Below, piece by piece: positions 10,436 through 19,954 of a DNA stretch of 64,000 nucleotides. The position numbers and the translations under genes are program-made. The stretch is taken from positions 1,120,001-1,184,000 of the forward strand of contig CBDBLO010000002.1 of assembly GCA_965207075.1 (NCBI GenBank), read 5' to 3'. Source of the DNA: Nitrosopumilus sp. Its GTDB lineage: Archaea > Thermoproteota > Nitrososphaeria > Nitrososphaerales > Nitrosopumilaceae. The first letter of the stretch is position 1; each line of letters begins with the position of its first letter. The notes under the pieces are model-generated. The model saw only the letters and a list, made by a program, of their open reading frames with translations, ran no database searches and had not been told where the DNA came from.

Positions 10436-11167
10436 ATGATGCCAGCTGGTTCCGGAGCAAATGCAGTGGATGTCCCGCGCGGGCCCAAGCCGAGCGCCGA
10501 TATTATGCGCAAGCATGATGAGGCTGGGGACAAGAATGAGATCGACTCCATTTTCTGCGAGGTCTGCGACGGCGAGATAAGGACGACTGATGTGCGGAAG
10601 CCCGGACTGACCGTCGAGGAGTACGCCAAGGAGCCGCACGTCGTGGTGAACCGCATGGGCCATGACGGATATTCCGTGTCGATCAGGTGCCGGCACGCGT
10701 CCTGTGACGCGGGGGTGGTGCCAAGTTGGCAATTCACCGAAGAGTTCCACAGGAACGTAATCTGGCCGATAGACCGGCATACGCTCCCGACGTGCCGGAT
10801 GTGTGGTTATAACACGCCCGACTTCCGGAAGTTTACAGCCCACATGGAGTCGGAGCATGGCATTACCGTCGCCGAGAGGACTCCCGAGAAGACTTCGGAG
10901 ACGCGCACCGTCAGGCGGTGCCGGAAATGCGGGCTCCGGCTCGGACGCGAGGTCGAGCTGCCCGAGGGGTTCGCGGTGTTATGCGCCGCGTGCATCAGGC
11001 TCGTGGGCAAGGGCCTGCCGGACGCGCCGTTTGGCATTGCCCATGAATGCGAATGTGGAGACACCCTGGACGAACACGAGTACGTGGAAGACGAGAGCGA
11101 TGCCCCGTCCCCGTGCAATGAGTGCGGCTGCGAGGACTGGCGCGAGAAGAAAAAGGAGGAACCGTGA
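10436..11167 (+). CDS. Multi-Zn-finger protein including a C2H2-like finger
   Basis: CEVC, CRMCG...HMESEH, CRKCG...CAAC, CECG..H..CNECGC; TTTTAT upstream. Confidence 0.7.
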   Translation: MMPAGSGANAVDVPRGPKPSADIMRKHDEAGDKNEIDSIFCEVCDGEIRTTDVRKPGLTVEEYAKEPHVVVNRMGHDGYSVSIRCRHASCDAGVVPSWQFTEEFHRNVIWPIDRHTLPTCRMCGYNTPDFRKFTAHMESEHGITVAERTPEKTSETRTVRRCRKCGLRLGREVELPEGFAVLCAACIRLVGKGLPDAPFGIAHECECGDTLDEHEYVEDESDAPSPCNECGCEDWREKKKEEP

Positions 11168-11219
11168 TGTCGGGGTACCACTGCTGCCGCTGGGCACTGT
11201 ACAAGGGTGTGTCCGCGTG

Positions 11220-12080
11220 ATGGCGCCGGCGGCAACGACAAAGACAATGGCGCCAGCCGCGTCTAGGCAGATACAGTGCCACAAGTGCGGCCGGAACATG
11301 AGGAGCCGGCTGCTTGCAAACGGCGAGACCAAGCGCCACTACTGCGAGGTGTGCGCAAAGGGCAACCGTCTGTGCGAGGTGCGCTACCACTGGGACAAGC
11401 ACGCCAACGGCCTGTGCGGCAGGGACAAGAAGGCATGCGCATACTGCGGGAGCGGACTCAAACTCGTATGCGACCCAGACGACCGTGACATCGGGCGCAT
11501 GATGCAGGAGGACGAGGAGGACGAGCCCTGCAGCTATCTGGAAATCCTGTGCCCCCTGTGGTTTGAGAAGCTGCACCGCGGCATGCTCGAGGACCTCGCC
11601 ACGTTCGACAAGGACGTCGTCTCGGAGGCCTGGGGCTGGAGCGACAAGTTCCGCGAGGTGGGCGGAGAGTATTACTGCGAGGACTGCATCTCGTACAGCT
11701 ACATGCTCTTCAACGGGTCGTACCAGTTCGGCACCACGTGGGTGGAGATAAAGCTAGTCGAGACCGCAGAGTACTTTGCCCAACACTACTTTGAGATGCA
11801 CGATGGGCGAGAGGGCGAGAGGGGTCGCGCCAGGTACCTCGACGCGTGCCACGGCATGGCCTCGGCGCTGAACGGCCTTGAGACGTTCTCATTCCGCTGC
11901 AGGGAGCTGAAATACGACGACAGGAAGGACGACCTGCTGCCGTTGCTGGGGGAGCTGCGCAGGCGCTTCGTAAATGACATGCACTACAAGGCGAACGCCG
12001 CGTACGACAAGGAGGAATACGACGGCGTCATGGAACACTTCGACGGCGTCGAGAAGAACATCAGGGAGGGTTTCAAATGA
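11220..12080 (+). CDS. Cys-rich hypothetical protein
   Basis: CHKCG, CEVC, CAYCG, CEDC then a helical C-terminus. Confidence 0.7.
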   Translation: MAPAATTKTMAPAASRQIQCHKCGRNMRSRLLANGETKRHYCEVCAKGNRLCEVRYHWDKHANGLCGRDKKACAYCGSGLKLVCDPDDRDIGRMMQEDEEDEPCSYLEILCPLWFEKLHRGMLEDLATFDKDVVSEAWGWSDKFREVGGEYYCEDCISYSYMLFNGSYQFGTTWVEIKLVETAEYFAQHYFEMHDGREGERGRARYLDACHGMASALNGLETFSFRCRELKYDDRKDDLLPLLGELRRRFVNDMHYKANAAYDKEEYDGVMEHFDGVEKNIREGFK

Positions 12081-12343
12081 TCCTCGAACGGGCTGATTGG
12101 AGCGACGCGACCAACAACGGACAGCTTAAGGGGACTGCTGCAAAGCGGGTCAGGCCGCGCGACAGATGTCCCGGGTGCGGGCATGCGTCCGACGCGTGGC
12201 TGGCCAGGCGCGTGCTGGAGACCGACGGCAATGAGTTTCACGACGGCGACGTATACGACTCCATGGTCTGCCGCAGCTGCGGTTACACGCTGCCGTTCGT
12301 GACGGCGACCAGGGAGATCGGCGGCAAGGAGGAGCCCGCCTGA
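12077..12343 (+). CDS. Zn-ribbon protein
   Basis: CPGCG...CRSCG; ATGA overlap. Confidence 0.7.
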   Translation: MILERADWSDATNNGQLKGTAAKRVRPRDRCPGCGHASDAWLARRVLETDGNEFHDGDVYDSMVCRSCGYTLPFVTATREIGGKEEPA

Positions 12344-12618
12344 TGCCCTGCCGCGGCGTCTGCAGGCGCCCCGAATACGCGTTCCGTCCAACGTTCCGGG
12401 TCAGGGGCCGGCAGTCGCTGTATGCGTGCGGCGCCAAGATGTGCATTCCGTGCGCGGCGTGGCTGGAGTGGGACGGGCGGCTCTGCCCCTGCTGCAGCAA
12501 GCAGCTGCGCACGCGTCCACGCAACGCTAGATTCAAGCGCAAATGGATGGAGAAAGTACTCGTGGCGGCCACCGTGCAAGCCGGAGGCGCCCCGGCCAAG
12601 AGGGAGGGGCGGGACTGA
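12343..12618 (+). CDS. Small Cys-rich protein of a family I recall from thaumarchaeal genomes (CxGxC...CxxC...CPCC..LRT.PR)
   Basis: MPCRGVC...MCIPC..WLEWDG..CPCC..QLRTRPRN; paralogues at 57347-57957. Confidence 0.75.
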   Translation: MPCRGVCRRPEYAFRPTFRVRGRQSLYACGAKMCIPCAAWLEWDGRLCPCCSKQLRTRPRNARFKRKWMEKVLVAATVQAGGAPAKREGRD

Positions 12619-14403
12619 ATGGCGGACGAAATACATGACACCACCACCACCGTCCCCACCACGGCGGCGGCGGAAGCGCCCGCCGCGGCAGGAAACACAG
12701 CAGCCATGGGGGAGACTGCCGCGGTCCAGCCGCCCGCCGCCCTGGAGCAGCACATCGCGGCCGTGTCAAAACGCATAGACGATTCTGAGGCGGAGGCCAG
12801 CGCCAAGTACGACGAGATGCGCAGGGATCTCGGGGAAAAACTCGCCGCCGCCCGCCGGGTGCTGGACGGCTACGAGGCGGAGGCCAGCGCCCAGTACGCC
12901 AAGATGCGCAAGGAGTATGAGTCAAAGCTTGATGCCGCCCGCCAGGAGATCATAGACCTCACGCTTTCCGCGGAGCCGGAGCCGGAGCAAAAGACCGGAT
13001 ACCATCCGGGCGCCACCGAGCTGTTCGAGGGCCTCGGCGTCGACCTCGCGGAGTTCCGCAAGTTCGCCGAGCACCCCTACTTCATGTACCCCGGCAAAAA
13101 AGGCAGCGTCTACGTGATGGTACCCAAGTTCTACCCGAGGTTCCAGTGCGGGTGGCTGCTTGACACCGTAGATGATGTTTGGAACCGCTATGAGATCAAT
13201 CCGTACTCGGTGCTCTTCGGCAGCGTGCCGGAGGACATCAAGAAGCACCTCGACCTGCCGACCCCGATCCCAGTCACGGTGGACGGCGACCGCATAACCT
13301 TCAGGCCGGAGGACCGCAAGGAAGTGAGGCGGCGCCTGCCGTCCCACCTGACGGACTGGACCGAAAATTCGGCCCGCATCACTAAAAACAACGAGTTCAA
13401 CATCATCGACCGCATTCTGCGGTCCGGCAGGGTGCCGTTCACGCCGTACCCCGTCAGAGACGAACACGCCCGCGGGCCGGCGCCGGCGTTCAAGCTGCGC
13501 CCCTACCAGCAGGAGGCCTTTGACAACTTTCTGAAGACGGGCGCCGTCGGCGTCTTCCACCCGACCGGCAGCGGCAAGTCCTACGTCGGGCTTTCCGCGC
13601 TGTCGCGCATACGCGTCGGCAGCCTGCGGAACCTCATAATAGTCCCGACGCGGACGCTGATCAGCCAGTGGCAGGCATACATGAGGGAGCACGCGCCGGA
13701 GGCCCTGAAACGCACCCTCATAGTCACATACAAGGCCAACTTTGACTATTCTGAGCGGTTCGGGCTTGTCATATACGACGAGTGCAGGCAGTTGCCGGCG
13801 CCCACGTTCGCTAGGCTGTCCACCATCAAGACCGAGTACCGGATGGGGCTGGACGCCACCCCCTACCGGGAGGACGGGCAGAACCACTTGATAATGACGC
13901 TGACCGGCCACTCGCAGACGCTGAACTGGCAGCACTACATGAGGACGTGGGGTCCTGGCTACCATGCGGTGAACGTGCACGTCGTCAGGAGGACGCAGGA
14001 CAAGATGGAGAGGGCAAAGAAGCTGTACGACCCGAGGCGCCGCACGATGTTCTATTCGTTCCACCTGGAGCCCGGCCAGAAGCTGGCCCGCAAGTTCGGG
14101 CTGCCGTTCATCAGCGCCGCCACCGAGGACAGGCTGGCCGTCATCGAGGAGAACCGGTCGTTCGTCTGCAGCAGCGTAATGGGTGAGGGTGTCAGTATTG
14201 CGGACCTCGACGACATCATCGAGATCGACTTCCTCTACGGGAGCCGCCGCGAGGAGATGCAGCTCTCCGGCAGGCTCATGCATTCCAAGCGCCCGAACAA
14301 GCGCCACCACATAATCATGACCGAGGAAGAGTTCGACAGGTACGAGAAGAGGCTGTTCAGTCTAGAGGGGAACGGCTTCCACGTGAAGCTGGTGAGGGGC
14401 TGA
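12619..14403 (+). CDS. SF2 helicase, XPB/Rad25-like, with N-terminal coiled coil
   Basis: LRPYQ, PTGSGKS, YDECR, LDATPYREDG, GEGVSI, QLSGR motifs. Confidence 0.88.
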   Translation: MADEIHDTTTTVPTTAAAEAPAAAGNTAAMGETAAVQPPAALEQHIAAVSKRIDDSEAEASAKYDEMRRDLGEKLAAARRVLDGYEAEASAQYAKMRKEYESKLDAARQEIIDLTLSAEPEPEQKTGYHPGATELFEGLGVDLAEFRKFAEHPYFMYPGKKGSVYVMVPKFYPRFQCGWLLDTVDDVWNRYEINPYSVLFGSVPEDIKKHLDLPTPIPVTVDGDRITFRPEDRKEVRRRLPSHLTDWTENSARITKNNEFNIIDRILRSGRVPFTPYPVRDEHARGPAPAFKLRPYQQEAFDNFLKTGAVGVFHPTGSGKSYVGLSALSRIRVGSLRNLIIVPTRTLISQWQAYMREHAPEALKRTLIVTYKANFDYSERFGLVIYDECRQLPAPTFARLSTIKTEYRMGLDATPYREDGQNHLIMTLTGHSQTLNWQHYMRTWGPGYHAVNVHVVRRTQDKMERAKKLYDPRRRTMFYSFHLEPGQKLARKFGLPFISAATEDRLAVIEENRSFVCSSVMGEGVSIADLDDIIEIDFLYGSRREEMQLSGRLMHSKRPNKRHHIIMTEEEFDRYEKRLFSLEGNGFHVKLVRG

Positions 14404-14477
14404 GTGTTGCACATGAATTCACCCGCCTCACACGTACTGCAACGCCCCCCTTATTTACAATCGGAGGTGTTACACCC

Positions 14478-14876
14478 GTGAGCCAGGTACTCCCCCCCGC
14501 CCCCGCGACGACCCCGCGCGATACGTGCGGTACCTGCGGACATTCCACGTACGAGCACATGTCCGGCTCCCCGGTCTACCTGATGTACCACGCCGGCACC
14601 ACGTATGTCCTGCGGTCCGTCGACCCGGGGAACGTGGAGCGCGACGTGCGCAGCCTGTATGGCCGGTGGGGGATGGAGTCGACAGACAGCACGACCGTCA
14701 CCATAATCGAGGTACCGGCCCGCCGGATAAACCGCAGTGCGATGCACGCCGACCATTGGACGCGCTGGATAGATGACGGCAGGCGCACGGAGGCGGAACT
14801 AGTGACGGATACAGGGATACGCATTTCAGAGCAGGTCATACGCGGCAGGCCCGTGTACGGCACGGAGGAGGGCTGA
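14478..14876 (+). CDS. Hypothetical protein with CxxCGH motif
   Basis: TCGTCGHSTYEH; GGAGGTG SD-like sequence upstream. Confidence 0.6.
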   Translation: MSQVLPPAPATTPRDTCGTCGHSTYEHMSGSPVYLMYHAGTTYVLRSVDPGNVERDVRSLYGRWGMESTDSTTVTIIEVPARRINRSAMHADHWTRWIDDGRRTEAELVTDTGIRISEQVIRGRPVYGTEEG

Positions 14877-14882
14877 GGACTG

Positions 14883-15032
14883 ATGGTTGACGTATACCCT
14901 CGCGCGTCCGCCCCGGACGACAGTCATTGCGCCGGATGCGGACACCGTGAAAATGGCCACCTCATAGATGCCTGTCTGCATGACGGATGTGATTGCAACG
15001 GGTTCAGCCCCAGCGACGGAGGCTCTACCTGA
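14883..15032 (+). CDS. 49-aa Cys/His microprotein (not in ORF track)
   Basis: MVDVYPRASAPDDSHCAGCGHRENGHLIDACLHDGCDCNGFSPSDGGST; shares CxxCGH...CLHDGCxCxxF with 19270. Confidence 0.7.
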   Translation: MVDVYPRASAPDDSHCAGCGHRENGHLIDACLHDGCDCNGFSPSDGGST

Positions 15033-15322
15033 TGTCACTCACCGGAGTCTCGGCAAAGGCGATCCAGCTACGGCATGAAGAATCCAAGAGGATCGCACGA
15101 CTGCCGCCCTCTGACGCCGCCCCGTCGGCGGCGCTGGCGGTGCATGTCGTCGAGATACGCGCACTGGCAGACTATCTCGAAGCAGCCATAAACGACAACG
15201 ACAAGATTGCTGAGGCCATCAAGACATACGCTAGATGGCGCCTTGTCTCTGGCAACTGGGTCTACGATATGGACGCCCTGATGAAGCGGTGCGCCGCAAA
15301 AGGAGGGGGAACCGCCGCATGA
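15032..15322 (+). CDS. Hypothetical protein
   Basis: TGATG coupling; helical. Confidence 0.55.
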   Translation: MSLTGVSAKAIQLRHEESKRIARLPPSDAAPSAALAVHVVEIRALADYLEAAINDNDKIAEAIKTYARWRLVSGNWVYDMDALMKRCAAKGGGTAA

Positions 15323-15660
15323 CCGTCACCCGCCGCAACTGGTTACAAACCGTCCCGCCCAGCATCGCCAACCACGACGCGCTGTTTGACTTTGTATATG
15401 ATGCCGAGAACTGGACGGGCGTCGAACCCCACTGCGAGGACATCATGCGCCGAGCCACGCTGGATGGCGGGCACATGTGGCTGCACCACGACACGCGACA
15501 CGCGACCACCACCTTTCACAGCATCCAAACCAAGCTCCGCATAATGTGGTTCATGTGCGTGTCCTGCAGCCGCGTCCGCATCGAGGTCAAGCCGGTGGCG
15601 GCCGAGCCGTGGGAGGACGACGCCACTGCCCGCTTTTACACCGCGAGGCCGCTGCCATGA
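15319..15660 (+). CDS. Hypothetical protein, paralogue 1 (C...GGHMW...MCxSC)
   Basis: Aligns along its length with 15657-16004; both end FYTxRPLP. Confidence 0.75.
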   Translation: MTVTRRNWLQTVPPSIANHDALFDFVYDAENWTGVEPHCEDIMRRATLDGGHMWLHHDTRHATTTFHSIQTKLRIMWFMCVSCSRVRIEVKPVAAEPWEDDATARFYTARPLP

Positions 15661-16004
15661 CCACCATAAAGCCAAACTGGCTGTACGACCCGCCGGACAC
15701 CATCGCCACCCCCAACGGCGTGCCGTTCAAGTGGATAAGGGACACCGACAGGTGGTCTGCGCGCGAACCCTCCTGCAACTACGGCAACGATGAGGACGGC
15801 GGCCACATGTGGCAGGAGCACGGTACCAGGTTCGCCCGCAACACGTACTTTGGCAAGCTGACGAACCTGGAGATCATCTGGTACATGTGCATATCATGCC
15901 ACAGGCTCCGCATCGACGTGCGCCACCACGTGGGCAAGGCTTCAAAAGATGCAGACTTGATCCGCACGTTTGCCCACTTTTACACTGTGAGGCCGCTGCC
16001 ATGA
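15657..16004 (+). CDS. Hypothetical protein, paralogue 2
   Basis: NWL..PP..IA, EPSC, DGGHMW, WYMCISC.R.RI.V, FYTVRPLP. Confidence 0.75.
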   Translation: MTTIKPNWLYDPPDTIATPNGVPFKWIRDTDRWSAREPSCNYGNDEDGGHMWQEHGTRFARNTYFGKLTNLEIIWYMCISCHRLRIDVRHHVGKASKDADLIRTFAHFYTVRPLP

Positions 16005-16207
16005 CCGTACAGGACTGCATTGACATCTGGCGCAACACCGCTGTCTCCCTCAAGAAGGAGGCGGAACGGGCGCCCCCGGATCTTGGAGACTTCATCGCAT
16101 CCATACGGGACAAGGCGTCAATATACGAGGAGTGCGCCAAGAAGCTTGAGGAAGAGGTAGGAAACACTGACACGGTTGGCCACAGCCACGCGGGAGGCGG
16201 CGACTGA
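16001..16207 (+). CDS. Small helical protein
   Basis: MTVQDCIDIW...; ATGA and TGATG coupling on both sides. Confidence 0.6.
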   Translation: MTVQDCIDIWRNTAVSLKKEAERAPPDLGDFIASIRDKASIYEECAKKLEEEVGNTDTVGHSHAGGGD

Positions 16208-17181
16208 TGGACGGCACCCCACACGGCCATGAATGCACTGCAGACGGCTCCATGGAGCCCACCACGTACCTGCTGACTGATGAAAATTACGAAAGGGCGG
16301 TCATACTGGAATCACCGCCGTCCTCGTCTGCGGTTGTGTGTATCATGCGCGCCTGGCCCGCGCCGGCTGGGACGCGCCCGCACTCTCAAACCTACGGCCA
16401 GTACGGCATAATCCATGAGGTGCCGTCCTCGCGCGTGCTGTACGCGGCGCTGGCGGACGGCACGCATTCCCTGCCGGAAGTGGTCCCGACGTGTAACGGC
16501 GACAACATGCGCGCGGAGGGCTACGACGATCCGTTCGTTGCCATACACCCGCCGGAGCCGGACTGCCCCCACGCCCCCAAAGACGGTAAAGACCGTGGGC
16601 ATCTGTGGGGGGCGCACTGGCGCGTGTCCGGGTGCCGGATAGAGGACAAGCCGGGCATATCTCCCGACGCCGCCGGGCGCGGGCTGATCATCAGGGAGCA
16701 CTGCACGCGGCCCAGCTGCTACGCGACAAGGACGCGCGAGACGGATGCAGTGGATGACGGACGTGACGCCGAGACTGAGTGCTACCTGCGCATCACATAC
16801 GGCAAACTGCCGGCCGAGTCCATGGCGGATCACGACAAGACGTACGGGCCTAACCCGCGCGTACTGCAGGCGGACGCGCTGAAACTCATCCCCGACGACG
16901 GCGAATACCACGACATCGGCGTGGAGTGGAGGGGGCACGAGTATCTCATGGCATGCACCGTCGACGGTGACGGCGGCTCACATGTCTGCCCCGGCGCCAG
17001 GCGCATCCCGGTCTATGGGAAAATATGGACGGGCGGCTCTCGGGTCATATCGGTGGACGGTTCGGGCAGGTATACCACGAAGCCCAAGGTTGCCGGCCTG
17101 CAGCTCCTAACCACGTTCTGCGACGCGTGCGGCCTGGAGGCGGACGCCCACCCTGACATTGCAGTGGAGGCGGCGGCCTGA
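16207..17181 (+). CDS. Hypothetical protein containing a distant copy of the EPxC...GHxW...C..C module
   Basis: PEPDCPH...RGHLW...EHCTRPSC; 324-aa coupled ORF. Confidence 0.7.
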   Translation: MDGTPHGHECTADGSMEPTTYLLTDENYERAVILESPPSSSAVVCIMRAWPAPAGTRPHSQTYGQYGIIHEVPSSRVLYAALADGTHSLPEVVPTCNGDNMRAEGYDDPFVAIHPPEPDCPHAPKDGKDRGHLWGAHWRVSGCRIEDKPGISPDAAGRGLIIREHCTRPSCYATRTRETDAVDDGRDAETECYLRITYGKLPAESMADHDKTYGPNPRVLQADALKLIPDDGEYHDIGVEWRGHEYLMACTVDGDGGSHVCPGARRIPVYGKIWTGGSRVISVDGSGRYTTKPKVAGLQLLTTFCDACGLEADAHPDIAVEAAA

Positions 17182-17444
17182 TGGCAAACAAACACCCCTC
17201 ACGAACTGTGGACATTCCAGGTCTCGGGCGGGCAGAAATTGACAAGGAGATGGTGTCAGTCATCACCGAGCTGAACCGGCTCGGCTTCCGCACGTTGAAG
17301 TGCTGTCAGGGCGACGACGAGTGGATACGCTACATAGAGTTTGACATGGGCGCCGTCGAATGCGAGTTTGAGGATGCAGAGATTGATGATGATGGCAGGC
17401 ACAAGCCCAAACTGCGGATCAGCGTAAAGGGGGCGGCGGCCTAA
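17181..17444 (+). CDS. Small protein resembling the TYW3 N-terminal / phage-type ID..I..LN..G..T..CCxG motif
   Basis: IDKEMVSVITELNRLGFRTLKCCQG...YIEF. Confidence 0.55.
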   Translation: MANKHPSRTVDIPGLGRAEIDKEMVSVITELNRLGFRTLKCCQGDDEWIRYIEFDMGAVECEFEDAEIDDDGRHKPKLRISVKGAAA

Positions 17445-17587
17445 TGTCCTGCGACATGTGCGGACACAGCCACGAGGGCCAGACGTGTTCCTTTGCGGCG
17501 TGGGTGGACGTGGTGGATGGCGTCGGCCACGTAAGCAAGGAGTACATCCGATGCCAGTGCCTAAACTACGAGGAGGCGAAGGACTGA
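17444..17587 (+). CDS. 47-aa Cys/His microprotein (not in ORF track)
   Basis: MSCDMCGHSHEGQTCSFAAWVDVVDGVGHVSKEYIRCQCLNYEEAKD; coupled at both ends. Confidence 0.7.
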   Translation: MSCDMCGHSHEGQTCSFAAWVDVVDGVGHVSKEYIRCQCLNYEEAKD

Positions 17588-17796
17588 TGGGCGGTGTAAT
17601 GGTATCGGACTCGATTTCGCGCGACGAGCCGTGCTCGGACTGCGGGCATCCGAAATACGACCACGACGACCACAGGTGCGGGCAGTGCCCGTGCACGAAC
17701 ACCTTCACGTGCAGTGGCTGCGGGCACGCCTGGTTCCACCACCACTTTTCAAACTGCGAGGGCGGCTCCGACTGCCCGTGCGACAGGAGGCCCTGA
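17587..17796 (+). CDS. Double CxxCGH...H...C..CPC microprotein
   Basis: CSDCGHPKYDH..CGQCPC and CSGCGH..HH..C...CPC. Confidence 0.7.
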   Translation: MGGVMVSDSISRDEPCSDCGHPKYDHDDHRCGQCPCTNTFTCSGCGHAWFHHHFSNCEGGSDCPCDRRP

Positions 17797-17798
17797 GA

Positions 17799-18077
17799 AT
17801 GTTTGAACAGAACCCGCAGTACGCCGGCGGCATACGCACCCTCAAGTGCACCGAGGACACGATCAAGAGGTGGATGCGCCGCCGCGGGGCGGTTCGCATA
17901 TGCAACGTCTGCAAAAAGACAATAGACCTGGGGCAGTGGTATACCGTAGAGCACGTCGGCGTCATGGACCCGATCTGGTTCGTCAAGCACGTCGAGTGCA
18001 TGACCGCGCCGAGGGACTGCGGCGACAGCTCGCTCAGGGAGATCAGGGAGCACATCAGGGAGGCCGACGCCCGGTGA
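17799..18077 (+). CDS. PARP/LIM-like CxxC...HxxC Zn-finger protein
   Basis: ICNVCKKTI..G..Y...KHVEC. Confidence 0.65.
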   Translation: MFEQNPQYAGGIRTLKCTEDTIKRWMRRRGAVRICNVCKKTIDLGQWYTVEHVGVMDPIWFVKHVECMTAPRDCGDSSLREIREHIREADAR

Positions 18078-18241
18078 CATGCAAGAACTGCGAACACGAC
18101 GCGGACGACCACGCAAGCGAGGCCGTGGTGGCCGGCGGCGGGTCGCCGTGCACTGCCGGCGTCACTTCGGCCGACGACGACCTCGGGGGCGGCATGCAGA
18201 CGGTGAGTAGGTGTCCGTGCAAAGGATGGGAGGCGGCCTAG
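18074..18241 (+). CDS. Cys/His microprotein
   Basis: MTCKNCEHDADDH...PC...RCPC; GTGA overlap. Confidence 0.65.
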   Translation: MTCKNCEHDADDHASEAVVAGGGSPCTAGVTSADDDLGGGMQTVSRCPCKGWEAA

Positions 18242-18652
18242 ATGGGCGATCCGAAGTGCGGCGGGCAGATCGTCATGAAGGACTGCAAGCGCCACGGCCG
18301 CAAGCACACGGGCACCATGTGCCCGCAGTGCATACCGTCATGCATCGGCGAGCGGCCGCCGGACGTCCGGACCGAGCATGAATGGAAGAAGACCCCACAC
18401 AAGAACCAGAAGCTGAAGTGCGCCAAATGCGGCGCCATAGTGGTCGTGCGCGGGCTGCTGTTTGACATAACCCGGCTGCCGCGCGGGCTCGTCTCCGAGA
18501 AGCTCCCGGCCTGCAGTCCGGGCCGCATGCACGAGTGGGACGTGCTAGACAACAAGGATTCGTCGTTCACCGTTGGGTGCCCGCGCTGCGGCAAGTGCGT
18601 CAGGATTGACGGGTTCGGCTTTGAGATCACCAAGGGGTGGAGGCATGAGTAA
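18242..18652 (+). CDS. Multi-Zn-ribbon protein
   Basis: CPQC, HEW..CAKCG, HEW..CPRCG. Confidence 0.65.
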   Translation: MGDPKCGGQIVMKDCKRHGRKHTGTMCPQCIPSCIGERPPDVRTEHEWKKTPHKNQKLKCAKCGAIVVVRGLLFDITRLPRGLVSEKLPACSPGRMHEWDVLDNKDSSFTVGCPRCGKCVRIDGFGFEITKGWRHE

Positions 18653-18842
18653 TGAGCAGGCCGACCAGGCTGACGACAGTCCGGTGAAACTACACCACAT
18701 TTGCGACGACATGTGCTATTCGATTGTTACGCACGAGCACCCGGAATACGCGATATGCGACACCGCGCAGGAGCGCGACAGGGACATCTGGGGGTGTGAC
18801 GACGAATTTGAGGACGAGTTCTGCGAGGAGGGTGAAGACTGA
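18645..18842 (+). CDS. Acidic Cys/His microprotein
   Basis: MSNEQ...HHICDDMC..HEH..C; SD GGAGG upstream. Confidence 0.55.
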   Translation: MSNEQADQADDSPVKLHHICDDMCYSIVTHEHPEYAICDTAQERDRDIWGCDDEFEDEFCEEGED

Positions 18843-19270
18843 TGCCTGCAGACGCCGCCAGTCTACATCCACATGGGGCCGAAAACCATGGAAGCTCTCA
18901 AAAAATGAGCGCGGAACCATACGACTACGCATCATGCGAGTTCCGCCGCGTCAAGGACAACGACAGTCATAACTACGATGCGAAGGTGAGGTGCCTCGGC
19001 GTGAAGTACTCCTGCTTCGGGGACATGCCAAGCTTTGACGGCACGCCGGCATGCGGCGGCAACTGCCCGCAGAAGGGCACGTGGCGCGGCCCAAAGTGCG
19101 GGGCCGTCATGCCCGACCGGGACGCCAGAAACCACGCATACCACGTGCACGACGTTACGTCGTGGGAAGTATCAGCTACGTCCGGAGGCTTCATGCACGG
19201 CGGCGGCGCCCCCAGTTCAAGCTGGGAAGACCAGCCGCCGCCGAAGAACATGTTGGAGGCGTTCACGTGA
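18842..19270 (+). CDS. Cys-rich protein with C2H2-like end
   Basis: C...KCG...HAYHVH; coupled. Confidence 0.6.
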   Translation: MPADAASLHPHGAENHGSSQKMSAEPYDYASCEFRRVKDNDSHNYDAKVRCLGVKYSCFGDMPSFDGTPACGGNCPQKGTWRGPKCGAVMPDRDARNHAYHVHDVTSWEVSATSGGFMHGGGAPSSSWEDQPPPKNMLEAFT

Positions 19271-19581
19271 TGGCAAATGAAAAGAGATGCGCCGCCTGCG
19301 GCCACCTGCTGCGGTGGCACCGCACGGCGGACGGCGACTGCCTCCACGACGGCTGCGCGTGCGAGAAATTCACCCCCGAGCAGCGCATCGACAGGGGGCG
19401 CAACGGGCGCAGAAAGTACCCCGTCGTGCCTCCCGAGGAGCTCGCCAAGTACTGCGGGGTCTGCCGCAACGGACAGCACTCCAGCTGCACGGGCAGGCGC
19501 ATCAAGCCGGGACACCCGCGAAGCCCCAAGTCCCCGAAGGTGCCGTGCGAGTGCCCTCGGCACGGAGGGGGGAGCGCCTGA
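19270..19581 (+). CDS. Two-finger Cys/His protein
   Basis: CAACGH..WH..CLHDGCAC and CGVC..GQH..C...CECPRH. Confidence 0.7.
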   Translation: MANEKRCAACGHLLRWHRTADGDCLHDGCACEKFTPEQRIDRGRNGRRKYPVVPPEELAKYCGVCRNGQHSSCTGRRIKPGHPRSPKSPKVPCECPRHGGGSA

Positions 19582-19769
19582 TGTCCCTGATCAAGCAGTA
19601 CATCAGGTGGCGCATGCGCAACGCCGGCAAGTACTGGAGGTGTGACTTGTGCGGCGCCGAGTCCGGCACTGACGGTGACGTGGTTGCCAAGGCGGCCGAG
19701 CACACGCGCTTCCACGAGACCGGCGGGATTGAACGCCCGCGCGGCGCGCACACGGAGGCCCGGGCATGA
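19581..19769 (+). CDS. C2H2-like microprotein
   Basis: WRCDLCG...AEHTRFH. Confidence 0.6.
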   Translation: MSLIKQYIRWRMRNAGKYWRCDLCGAESGTDGDVVAKAAEHTRFHETGGIERPRGAHTEARA

Positions 19770-19954
19770 TGGGCTTCGGAGGATACACCGGCAGGTACGG
19801 GCAGATCAGCATGATGCCCTACGAGGTGCGGAGGCGCCTGACGTCCGCCTGTTACAGCGGTCACCACAACAAGTGCGGCGGCGGCAACAACGCCCAGCGC
19901 CTGGATCCGTGCCCGTGCCCGTGCCACGGGCCGGAGGAGGCGACCGCGGCTTGA
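19766..19954 (+). CDS. Cys/His microprotein
   Basis: SAC..GHH.KC...CPCPCH, same pattern as the C-terminal finger of 19270. Confidence 0.65.
   Translation: MMGFGGYTGRYGQISMMPYEVRRRLTSACYSGHHNKCGGGNNAQRLDPCPCPCHGPEEATAA

Noticed and set aside
15319-16006. Diversity-generating retroelement TR/VR pair
   Set aside because: No reverse transcriptase in the window, and differences between repeats are not adenine-specific.
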